A stretch of DNA of 64,000 nucleotides from Candidatus Poribacteria bacterium (GTDB lineage Bacteria > Poribacteria > WGA-4E > PCPOR2b), in contig OZ242351.1 of NCBI GenBank assembly GCA_965208675.1, forward strand, positions 4,352,001 through 4,416,000, given 5' to 3'. Below, piece by piece: positions 37,421-47,800 of this stretch. Position 1 is the stretch's first letter; every line of letters begins with the position of its first letter. The translations under genes and the position numbers were made by a program. Below the pieces are notes generated by a model that saw only the letters and a list, made by a program, of their open reading frames with translations, ran no database searches and was not told the DNA's origin.

Positions 37421-37960
37421 ATGGAAGTTTTTGCCAGCTACATACCCGTCGTTCTTATCGTGCTAGCCATAATTGCCGGTTATTGGCGAACAAACATCCA
37501 AATTGGCGGTATGAACATGCAAATTGGCGGTATGATGGCAAATATGGCGACGCAAGAAGACATTAGGGATCTGAAAAATATAGTGGCGAATATGGCGACA
37601 AAAGAAGACATTCGGAATCTGAATAATATAGTGGCGAATATGGCGACAAAAGAAGACATTCGGAATCTGAATAATATAGTGGCGAACATGGCGACAAAAG
37701 AAGAACTTCGGGATATAAAAGAAGACATTCGGGAGATAAAAGAGGAATTCAGGTACATGAGAGATGAAATGAAGGACATAAGAAATGACATCAGGGCGCT
37801 GGACGACCGAATGAATCGTTTTGAAACGCATGTGACTCAACAGTTCGCCGAGATTAAGGGGGAAATCAGCGATTTGAAACGGGATGTCAATACGCTTCAA
37901 CAATCGTATGTAAATCACCTAATTACAGAGCATAACATCAAACCCGCACAGCCGAGTTAA
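37421..37960 (+). CDS. N-anchored coiled-coil paralog 2 with 14-aa MATKED repeats
   Basis: N-terminal TM helix; 42-bp tandem repeats (IVANMATKEDIRNL); heptad coiled coil; GGAGGAG RBS. Confidence 0.85.
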   Translation: MEVFASYIPVVLIVLAIIAGYWRTNIQIGGMNMQIGGMMANMATQEDIRDLKNIVANMATKEDIRNLNNIVANMATKEDIRNLNNIVANMATKEELRDIKEDIREIKEEFRYMRDEMKDIRNDIRALDDRMNRFETHVTQQFAEIKGEISDLKRDVNTLQQSYVNHLITEHNIKPAQPS

Positions 37961-38002
37961 TCAGCCGTTACCGTTACATGGAATGACCTCTATTGAACCG
38001 CC

Positions 38003-38033
38003 AGCCGTTGGTAATATGCCAGCGGCTTTTTTT
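38003..38033 (+). terminator. Intrinsic terminator, copy 2
   Basis: Same hairpin plus T run as copy 1. Confidence 0.75.
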
Positions 38034-38137
38034 GTGGATTGGGATCAACCGACCGAATGCATTTGAAACCGAGTTTTTTCTTCAAAACTCAGTTTCTTTA
38101 ACGCACCGCCAAAACTCCGGTAACGCCGCACGCTGAC

Positions 38138-38166
38138 TTGAAAACTGTTGAATTTTATGGTATAAT
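38138..38166 (+). promoter_or_regulatory. Orphan near-consensus sigma70 promoter
   Basis: TTGAAA-17-TATAAT with TG extension; no convincing CDS downstream. Confidence 0.55.
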
Positions 38167-38499
38167 TTTATCATCATATGCGGCGCCCCGACGCCCTTCA
38201 AAGCGCGGTCGAGTTGCCCATTACCCGCGTCCCCGCCGAACGGCTTCCGAACGGAATGCCGGCAAGGCGCGGGCGAGGTTGACGCCGGTCCCATGCTCCA
38301 CGGTGTACGGAGCTACCTAGGATGGCGGAATCAACACACCCGGCATCCGCTTCAAAAATGAGCATTCTCAACTTATTTTTTTAAATGCTCACAAATGCTC
38401 AACCCCGCAAACCCGCGCCCTGACTAGCCTAAAGCCCATTTTCGCTTATTTTCGCATGTTTCAAATGCTCACATAATGCTCAAAACCAAAACCCAAATT

Positions 38500-38915
38500 T
38501 ACTATCCCTCAACCCGACCTACAAGAGCCCCACCGACCTACAAGAGCCTCAAAAAATCCTCCCCCTTTCCAAGGGGGATCAAGCGACTGAATAGGGAGCG
38601 CGATAGTCTTAACTAGTCTTCAAAACTCGGTTTCTTTTAACGCTTTGCTACACCCTGCGGTCGCGTAGGTTTGGGTGAGGGATTGGGTCGAGTACGCGAC
38701 GGGAGAGTTGCGATTCGGAGATCGCTCCTACAGGGGTGGAGGAGGACAACACATACCGCAAAAATTTCCCCCTTTTTTTATGGACTGTAAAAACTGTAAT
38801 TTTCCTTGAAAATTGTGCGATTGAATGCCGCGCTGTTGATATTCGCCGCTCGCCGCCCTGAACCCTTATAGTTATTGAAAGTTGAATTGCGCGAATCCGC
38901 TCTACCCAACCTACA
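38500..38915. repeat. REP mosaic with GATC-hairpin element (38577-38608)
   Basis: Multiple CCTACAA REP ends and GCGATTCGGAGATCGCTCCTAC. Confidence 0.75.
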
Positions 38916-38934
38916 AACAATACTGGAAATTGAG

Positions 38935-38964
38935 TTGACATTGTATTAAATCGAATGGTATAAT
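38935..38964 (+). promoter_or_regulatory. Consensus sigma70 promoter, copy 3
   Basis: TTGACA-18-TATAAT with TG extension. Confidence 0.75.
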
Positions 38965-39017
38965 CGCGTCCACAAAGTCGAGGGGCAGAAGGATTTCTCG
39001 GAGTGGAGGAGTGACAA

Positions 39018-39350
39018 TTGGAAGTTTTTGCCAGCTACATACCCGTCGTTCTAATAGTGCTAGCCATATTTGCGGCTAATTGGCGAACGACCGTACAGTT
39101 TGGACATATAACGATGAATATGGCGACTCGAGAAGATATTAAGGATTTGAGAGATGAAATCAAGGACATGAGAAGCGACATTAAAGCTCTGGACGCCCGC
39201 ATGAATCGTTTTGAAAACCATGTGACTCAACAATTCGCCGAAATTAGAGGTGAAATCAGCGATTTGAAACGGGATGTCAATACGCTTCAACAATCGTATA
39301 TAAACCACCTAATAACAGAGCACAACGTGAAACCCGTGAAACCGAGTTAA
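39018..39350 (+). CDS. N-anchored coiled-coil paralog 3
   Basis: TTG start with the same RBS; same N- and C-termini as paralog 2 with a single MATRED unit. Confidence 0.85.
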   Translation: MEVFASYIPVVLIVLAIFAANWRTTVQFGHITMNMATREDIKDLRDEIKDMRSDIKALDARMNRFENHVTQQFAEIRGEISDLKRDVNTLQQSYINHLITEHNVKPVKPS

Positions 39351-39386
39351 TCCGCTTGTGCAAGAAATGCCCTGTATCGCACCGCC

Positions 39387-39417
39387 AGCCGTTGGTATAT
39401 GCCAACGGCTTTTTTTT
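39387..39417 (+). terminator. Intrinsic terminator, copy 3
   Basis: AGCCGTTGGTA-ta-TGCCAACGGCT plus T run. Confidence 0.75.
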
Positions 39418-39938
39418 GTGGATTGAGAGCGGCCGACCGAATTCATTTGAAACCGAGTTTTTCTTCAAAACTCGGTTTCTTTAATGCGACGGTTGTTTGC
39501 CGGAGAATGCCTACTACTTTATCGCGGCTAGGAAGCCGCTCCCACAGGTATACGAGTTGTGGGTCGCGATTCGGAGATCGCTCCTACAGGGGTGGCGCAG
39601 GACAACACATTCCGCAAAAATTTCCCCCTTTTTTTATGGACTGTAAAAACTGTAATTTTGGCATTTTTTGTAGGTTGGAATCAGCCGACCGAATTCATTT
39701 GAAACCGAGTTTTTCTTCAAAACTCGGCTTCCATCGCCGAGGTTTGTGCCATGTTGATGCTCATGGCAACCTCCATAGCCTGTCCCTCGCTGCCAAAAGC
39801 GAGAACCTCAAACGCAATGATAGATAATTAACTTGCTACCCGCTGTTTTGTCTTGATTTCTTGTTTACATAGCAAGTATAATTTAGCAATTCTGGTAAAT
39901 CGCGAAACTTTCCTCCTAGCCAAAAGAGGTCTCATACA

Positions 39939-40208
39939 ATGGAAGTCCTTGAAACTATTCGACCTTGGGTTGTACCTATCATTGCTATTGTCTCATTTGG
40001 CATAGCATTTGTTCCGAAATTTAATACGCGGTTTCGGGTCTGGGTAACGGGCCCGTTGGAAACTAAAGTTGATTTGTTGTCTGAAAAAGTCGACAATCTA
40101 TCAGAACAAATGAAAGAGATGCGTTCTGACATGAAAAACGAACATGCCATGTTGCTGAAGGCTTTTACTGACCATCTTATTCACCAGCATGGGCACAAGC
40201 CTGAGTAG
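39939..40208 (+). CDS. Small N-anchored coiled-coil protein with His-rich C-terminus
   Basis: MEVLETIRPWVVPIIAIV TM, short coiled coil, AFTDHLIHQHGHKPE; AGAGGT RBS, upstream TATAAT, downstream terminator. Confidence 0.75.
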   Translation: MEVLETIRPWVVPIIAIVSFGIAFVPKFNTRFRVWVTGPLETKVDLLSEKVDNLSEQMKEMRSDMKNEHAMLLKAFTDHLIHQHGHKPE

Positions 40209-40232
40209 CCAAACGGATTTTCATATCGAATT

Positions 40233-40261
40233 AAGCCGGGGGCAATGTTCCCGGCTTTTTT
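40233..40261 (+). terminator. Intrinsic terminator
   Basis: AAGCCGGGGGCA-a-TGTTCCCGGCTT plus T run. Confidence 0.75.
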
Positions 40262-40344
40262 GTTGACGCAAAGATTCCCGTTTGTTGCGAGGTAGCCCGC
40301 CGCCAAGGCATGTCACTATCCGATATAATTCCCCAAAATGTACC

Positions 40345-41300
40345 ACCCCTCAACCCAACCTACAAGAGCCCCAAAAAATCCTCCCCCTTTTTTTTATGGA
40401 CTGTAAAAACTGTAATTTTGCTTGAAATGTGCGGGTTTGATTTTCGTTCTGGTGATAATAGCCTCTCGACGCCGTGAGCACTCCTAGCTTTTGTAGGTTG
40501 GGTTAAGCGGAATAAATGAGAGACGCGAAAGATGCCGAATGGATATCGGTATTTGAACATGTGCGGTAATTGTTAGGGGTAGCGAACCCAACGCTTTTCG
40601 TTAATTGGGTGGTGTTCTGGTCATCGGGCGACGTTCGTAATTATGAAAAGCGTTGGGTTACGCTCCGTGGATCGGATATTGGATGTCGTTAGGTTTCCCA
40701 GAGCGTCACGTGGACTTGTACATCATTCGGTGAAATCCGCTCAACCCAACCTACAAAAGCTGTCCGTGGTCGTAGGGGCGGGGTTCCCCCGCCCATTGAG
40801 CGGCTGGAGGCGGCGAATTCCCGACCATACACATTTAATATGGGAACAAAGGGTTGGGGAACCCAACCCCTACGAATAATCGAATATTGGATGTCGTAAG
40901 GTTTCCCAGCGCGCCACGTGAAATTGTACATCATTCGATGAAATCCGCTCTACACCAACCTACAAAAGCTGTCCGTGGTCGTAGGGGATCAACCGACCGA
41001 ATAGGGAGGGATCAACTGAGCGAATAGCGAAGGCGATAGTCTTGTCTTCTCCGACACCCATCGATTGTATAGTATCGCGGCTGGGAAGCCGCTCCTACAA
41101 GAACTGGGAAAGTCGAATCGCGGCTGGAAGCCCCTCCCACAGGAGCGGGATTGCGATGCCCGGCGCAACGACAACAATAAATCCACATTTTTATGAAACC
41201 GCGATTTGGGGCAAAGCGTATTTTATTTGTACAATGTCAGGTTCAAGATCTAACTGAATAAAATGAAACCGAGTTTATTCTTCAAAACTCGGTTTCTAGC
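40345..41300. repeat. Large REP mosaic including REPIN 40492-40755 and GATC-hairpin tandem 40987-41041
   Basis: Full REPIN, duplicated 3' half (~40885-40986), GTAGGGGCGGGGTTCCCCCGCCC and GGGTTGGGGAACCCAACCCCTAC REPs. Confidence 0.8.
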
Positions 41301-41356
41301 AGCCAAAACTCGGATTTTGGCATTACTGATATCCTGCGGAACTTGGCAGAAAAGTA

Positions 41357-41500
41357 TTGACAGATGTTAAAATCTGTTGTACTATGTAGCAGATTCTGAA
41401 GGCATGTGTCGGGGCGGTTTCGGCTGGGGCAAAAAGGGGCGAAAAACACCAAAAAAGTCCCAAGAAAAGTCTTGACAACTTGCGGGATCTGTTATATTAT
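41357..41500 (+). promoter_or_regulatory. Tandem sigma70 promoters for the giant surface protein gene
   Basis: TTGACA(41357)-17-TACTAT overlapping an ACAGAT-N6-ATCTGT palindrome; TTGACA(41472)-17-TATTAT. Confidence 0.6.
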
Positions 41501-41864
41501 AGTTATGTGTTGCGTCAGGGCTGCGCGGCGAGTTTGCCGAGTGCCCGGGAGCGGCACGAGAATTACGGGCTTCATTCTAGACAGCTACTCTCTAGAGGAT
41601 CAACAAGCGGCACCCTCCGGAGACACGTTTTGAGTGAGGACAACATTTCAGTCAGTGTGTGGAGGGTGTTTCAACCCTCATGAGTGAGTCCCGAAAACCG
41701 GACGTGCGGGTTTCGGGGTTTTGTTGATTCTGTTGTTATGATTTATTGGAAAGGGAGACTAACCGATTATGGATAGTTCAACTAGGGCTTGCGAATCCAG
41801 CAAGCGAAACAGACTAAAATTCAATTCTTCAACATACAAACAAGCAAGGAGGAAACATAAAGTC

Positions 41865-44800
41865 ATGTTGAGTAGAATTTCGAAAATGAGTGTTTTCGGT
41901 ATCGTTGCGCTCATGCTCGTGCTCGGGCTGACGGCGGACGATGCGTTGGCACAAGAGGCTCCGGCTGCTGGAACTTATGCGATAAGCGTGGCATATGATC
42001 TAGACGGAACAGCGATCACAAATCTGCGCGCAGCGGGCACAGCTACGGTAACGTTTACCCTCACTGTCGCCGGTCGCGAAAATAAGGATGAGGGCGGCAC
42101 CAATCGGCCCAAAACTCCTACGGCGGCGCGGACGGTCCAGATTGACATTCCGGCAAATTGGTCCCCGCCTGCAAAAGCGTTATCCGGCGCTGATGCAGAT
42201 GAAGCGGGCGAGGTGAGGTTCCAAAAGGGTGGCACTACTATTACCAACAATGCCGACGCGTGGATTTCCAATGGCGGACGAACCTTGAATATCAAAATTG
42301 CCGAGGGAAACGCCGGTAACGGAGAATATACCGCCGAATACGCAAATGCGACTATACCTACCCGCAGGGGCAACCAGTACAGATTTTTCGTCAGAAACGC
42401 AGATGTCACCGAGTTGCCGTATGTCGTTGATTACGCAGTGAGCGGGTCGGGTAGAGTCTCGATGGGGCCGTTCAGCCCGTTGTCAGTCAAGGTTGGCGAT
42501 CCGGCAGCTGATCACGCCTATAACGGCGCGTACGTTTTCAAAAGCAAAGATCCAATAAGTCCGTTGAGGTTTACTTACACGGCGGCGGGTTCTTTGCCAG
42601 AGAATGCATACATTACCATAGCTATGGCTAATGGATTCACGCTTCGAGATAAACCAAAGTCGGTAGTGTCCGTGACCGGATCCGGTTCGCCGGAAATTTC
42701 ATTTCCGGATGAAGCCACTTTAGTTACTGAGACTGCGACCACGTTGCGCGCCACGGTAAAATCAAAAGGCGGACTGGGACCCAACCAGTCGTTTACCGTA
42801 ACCATTACAGGGCTTGCGGCACCGGAGGTTACTACGGCGCTAGATATTGACAATACCATTACGGTAAGTTCCGTGTCAGGTAATACGACTGCAGATTCTG
42901 CTCGTACTGCGGTTGTGCTTGAAACTCCTGCTGTGAATGTCCTCAAGACAGGGCAAGCAGCAGATGCGGCAGACGCAGTTAGAGGGAGATTCGACTTCTT
43001 TACGACCGCAGTCCCCGGCACCGGCGAACTCGCAATTATGCAAGGTACGGACGCCCGTCAAAACACGCGCGTCGAGGAAGGGTTTGATTTAGGCACGTTG
43101 CGGTTTGACATAACCGGCACGACCGGTATGGGACCGAATGCCAAATTTCAAATTGTGGTTCCGGGCGCGCCTTGGCCCGCGCCGATTAAAGCGCCTGACA
43201 AGATTGGTGTCCCCGGCAGCGCGGATACCGCTGGACACGTTATCAACGGCGATGTTAACACCGGGGCTCGCACAATCAGCGGAAGCCTTACAACAAACGC
43301 AAATCCTCCCGTGGCTAATACAGAATTGACCAATGCTGGGGGTGGGATTACCTACCGAGTCGGGGCAATATCGGAACATGGCAAGCATGAGTTCAGGCTT
43401 TTGACAAGTTCCGGCCACCCAAGCGCCGACGGCGGTTCCTTGGTAGAGAGAACCGGTGGCGGTTACCGCCGGTATATTGAAGTCACGGCGAAGCACGGCA
43501 GCGGTACGTTTGCTGTTTTGGAGAATGGCGTGCCGTTAGCGCAGTCAAAACCGGCAGCCGAGCATACCCTCCAGTTAGTCTACACCGCCTCTGGCCGCAT
43601 GCCTCAAGGAACGGTTCAGTTTGTGGTTCCGGCGAATTCGGATCCGGTGAGTGACCCGGCGCTGCCGTGGAAACTGCCGCGCCGCGACAACGGCGTTGCC
43701 CCGTTTGAAGAAGGCGAGGTGACGTTTAGCAATAACGCGACGTTTACTGTCGGTACCGACGGGGTTATCACCGCGACAGGATCGTGGGGACCAGGCGCCC
43801 AAATAATAGTTACATACAGGGGCAAGGTGCCGGGCGCTGGGGACTCTACTCCGCAGACATACAAGTTTAGGGCGAGAGCATCGTCGTTTAATTCGGGCGA
43901 TCCTGCCGTGCCTAACTGGCCACAGAATGACGCTAATGAAGATGTCTATCTTGAGCATACGATTGGTCCCAATCGCGCGGCAGACGGCAGCGGTACGCTC
44001 GCAATTGAGCCGCGGACAGCGAATGCCAGCGAGACGATTGATTTGAAGATAACTTACAAAGCCGCGGGCACGATGGATGACGGATCAATTGTTGAGGTTA
44101 CCGTTCCCAATGGTTGGCCCGATCTCGTTGCGTCATCGGTCGGAGTTGGCGTCGAAGGCATCGCGGCAACCTTAAGTGTAGGGACGAGGGCGATTACCGC
44201 TACCACCGCTGATCAGATGAATGCGGATTCCATACTCGTGCTCAACGTGGCGGGAGTTGTGGCGCCGGCTGTCGGCGGGGGTTACCAGTTCACGGCGCAA
44301 TCAAAATCTCACGGAGGGCTGCAGTCTCTTACCGCTGCGCAGATTACCGACGCAGTCGTCACTGTTAGCGAACGGGCTTCCGGTTCCGCCGTGCTTACGC
44401 TGTTGAGGGATGACGGTTCGACAGCGGATTCTGTCGAACCCATGGATTCGTTTGAATCTGCCAAAATCGTTTTCACGGCTGGCGTGGCGATGCAACCCGG
44501 TGCGGAAGTTAAGGTCACGATTCCGGATGGCTGGATGCAAAGGCCTTTCGAGGACAACGGTATGCCGCGCACGAGCGGCGAGGTTACGCTTGAAGGGAAG
44601 GCTGATCTTGATGTCCAAGGCGACGTGCTAGTCGCTAAGGCGAACGCTCAGATTAACGCTGGCGAAACCGTGACGTTCACCTACCATATGCCGATGGCGC
44701 CTGCAGACCCAACAACATCGAATTTCGAAACCGTGGCGTCAATTGTCGAAGGCGGGGGATTACTCTCGGTTGCAAATCAGCAAACGAGCGTGGTCGTCAG

Positions 44801-47800
44801 AAGTAAGGTTGCCGCATTGACGCTTACCGCCGATTCGGCGACGAGCGTATTCGTGGGCGAGTCTGTCACACTCACAGTAATGTCAGATGCGCGCGCTCCC
44901 GTTGGCGGCCTTTCGGTATCGTTAGCGACCGATCCGGCTGATACAGGGATGTTCTCCCTGACCGAAGACGGGGCAGCCGCCACTTCGGTGATGATTGCGG
45001 ATTCGCCGGATTCGATGTCCACCACGTTTTATTACATAGCCCCAAGCTCCATTGACATGGAATCTGTCGATGTCATGCTGACGGCGACGGCTATGGTGGA
45101 TGGCGAAGCCGTTGCATCTGAACCCGTGGCTGTTGAGGTCAGATCCAAGATTAGCATGCTGCAGGTTAACGGCATGGATGATCCCGATCCGGTGGAGGTT
45201 GGCGCCACGATTACGGTGACAGCTATCGGTGAAGATGCAGATGGATCCGTTACGGTGACCGACGCTGACGGCGCGGAAGTCGAAGGTCTAGTAGATCTTG
45301 GACTCGATCCCGACGCCAGTGCTACTGACGTACCGGCAGGAAACGTAGGTCACATGCGTGAAATTAATTTGCCGGACGATCTTCCCGAAGGCATGTACAC
45401 TATTACTTTGACCATTGCCGGCGAGTCACAGTCAATCGATATCAATGTCGTGGCTGCGAGAGCAGCGGTTACCGAATTGACGCTCACCACGTCCGAAATG
45501 AGTTTCTTCGCGGGCGGGTCAATCACTGTCACGGTTGCAGCGGATGCTCGCGCACCGGTTGGCGGTCTTGAGGTGACATTGTCGACCGATCCCGCAGATT
45601 CGGGTATGTTCTCCATGACCGAAGGCGGCGACGCCGTCACAATGGTGATGATTCCGGATTCCGCGGAAACAATGTCTGCAATGGTTTATTACACCAACGC
45701 TGCGTCAGGCGCTGTTACCCTGATGGCTGCGGCGGGCGACGACCTTTCGGCTTCTGTTGAGGTTATGGTCAATCCCACGATTACCGTTCAGGTTAACGGC
45801 ATGGACGCCCCGGAGGGCGTGCAGGCTGGTGACACGCTTGCTGTGACGGCGATGGGTAAAGCCGGCGGCGGTACCGTAATGGTTACCGACGCTGCAGGCG
45901 ACGTAGTCGGGTCTCTAACCGGGCTTGGGCTTAATGTCGATGCCGATGCCGAGGACGTTCCCGAAGGCAGCGTTGCTTACATGCGTGACGTTGAGTTGCC
46001 GGCTGATCTGGCTGACGGCACCTACATGATTACCGTGACCATCGGCAGCGAATCGGCTACAGTTTATTTCAGTATTGAAACCCCGCCAGCGGAGGTTGAT
46101 GCCATCGCTATTTCGGCTGATCCCACTAGCGTGTTTGTCGGCGAAGAGGTTAGCCTAAATATAACGTTGTGGAGCGGCGCCGATGCCGCGAACGCCGTGG
46201 GCGATATGGTTGTGATGCTGACAAGTTCGTCCGATACCAGCGTCCTTGCCGATTCGGTCACGATTGCCGATGGCGAGAACGGGGTAATGACGACCTTCAG
46301 CGATACGTCGGGTGGCATGGTGACAATCACTGCCACATCTGGTGATTTAAGCGCTGAGGTCATCGTCGAGGTCAAACCCACGATTTTCAATTATCAGATT
46401 AACGGCATGGACGATCCAGGCCCGTTGACGGCTGGCGTAACGTTAACTATAACCGCCACCGGTAAAGAGGGCAAAGCCACCGTAATGGTAACTAATTCGG
46501 ATGGTGATGCGGAGGTGCCGGCGAAAGGGCTTACGGGACTCGATGAAGAGCCCGACGAAGACGGCAACATCGCCTACACGCGCGACATTGACCTGCCGGC
46601 TGATCTTGTCGACGGCATGTACACAGTTACGGTTGCCATTGCCGGCTCGACGGCTGACATTGAAATCGAAGTCATAAACGACCAATCGCCGCCGGCGTTG
46701 AGCAACCAGAAGGTATTGCCCGACGTGGTTGCGAGCGGCAGCGTGTTGACGCTTAGCGTTGACGTGAGTTCGAATGTGCCTAATCCCACGTTGTCGGTGA
46801 TGGCGGATGTCAGCGAGATTGACGCCGATGCGGCTGCAGTTCAACTGATGAAACTGCCCGCGTCGGAGAGCACCTATGCCAGCATCTACGTGGTCCAAAA
46901 CAGCGACCCTGCGGACGACGGCATGAAGACCATCACGTTCAAGGCAACTGACAGGATTGGCGGCATGAGCGAAATGACGGCGACCACGTCGTTGAAGAAC
47001 GACGTTACACCGCCGGTGTTAAGCGACGCGGCTGCAATGCCTTCACCAGTTGTGAACGGTATGGACGTTACTATCTCCGTTAATGGCGGCGAATCCGGAC
47101 TTACGGTCACGGCAGATGCTTCCGCAATCGGCGGCGACGCCGCAGCGGACCTGACCGAGGGCATGGACGAAAATATGGCTGGCACGGGCATGTATAGCAG
47201 CATGCCAATTACGGTTTCCGTTAGCGCAGGCGGCGATTATACCGTCTCCATCAAAGCCGTTGACGGCTCCGGCAATGACGCCTCCATGGACGTAACCGTT
47301 ACGGTCGAGGTGCACGAGGTGACAAGCGTGACCTTCGCGCCGGCTAAAGTTAGCACGGGCGAAGATGTTACGGTCACCGCGATGGGCTCGGCTGGTTTGA
47401 CGGCTATGTTCAACGTGTTCGATGCCGACGGTATGAAAATCGTCGATGGGAAATCCATGGACGAGTCCGATGTTGACGGCAGCTATATGGGCAGTTTCAC
47501 GGTTGTTGTTGATATGCATCCCGCCGGTGAGTATTGGGTGTCTGCCAGCATAGGCACAGCCGATGCTATGACGGCTGACGGTTCGCTCACCATCGACCAC
47601 GAGAAACATTTCACCCTGTCAATCGGTGCGGGTACGCATGCGATTCATATTCCGTTGGATGTTGACGGGATTGACACGGTCGGCGATGTCTACGACATGC
47701 TCGGCGACTCGGTCAACTTCATCATCACGTTCATCGACGGCAACCCCGTAAGTTACCTCGGCGACGAGAGCGCGGGCAGCATGGCGGACGCGGCTATCGG

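Noticed and set aside
36716-39350. Paralogs as template/variable repeats of a diversity-generating retroelement
   Set aside because: No reverse transcriptase in the window; differences are indels and mixed substitutions, not evidently adenine-specific
16657-41041. GATC repeats as a CRISPR array
   Set aside because: Dispersed, at most two in tandem, no unique spacers of regular length, no cas genes
40989-41060. Micro-element as a coding peptide (reverse strand LSPSLFxxLI appears conserved)
   Set aside because: No start codon or RBS; compensatory base pairing explains the variation more simply
41769-41864. Upstream ATG of the 2345-aa ORF
   Set aside because: Signal peptide and AGGAGG RBS point to ATG 41865; upstream extensions likewise trimmed for dapL, mqnD, the PQQ-like protein, GH32 and the LysM protein
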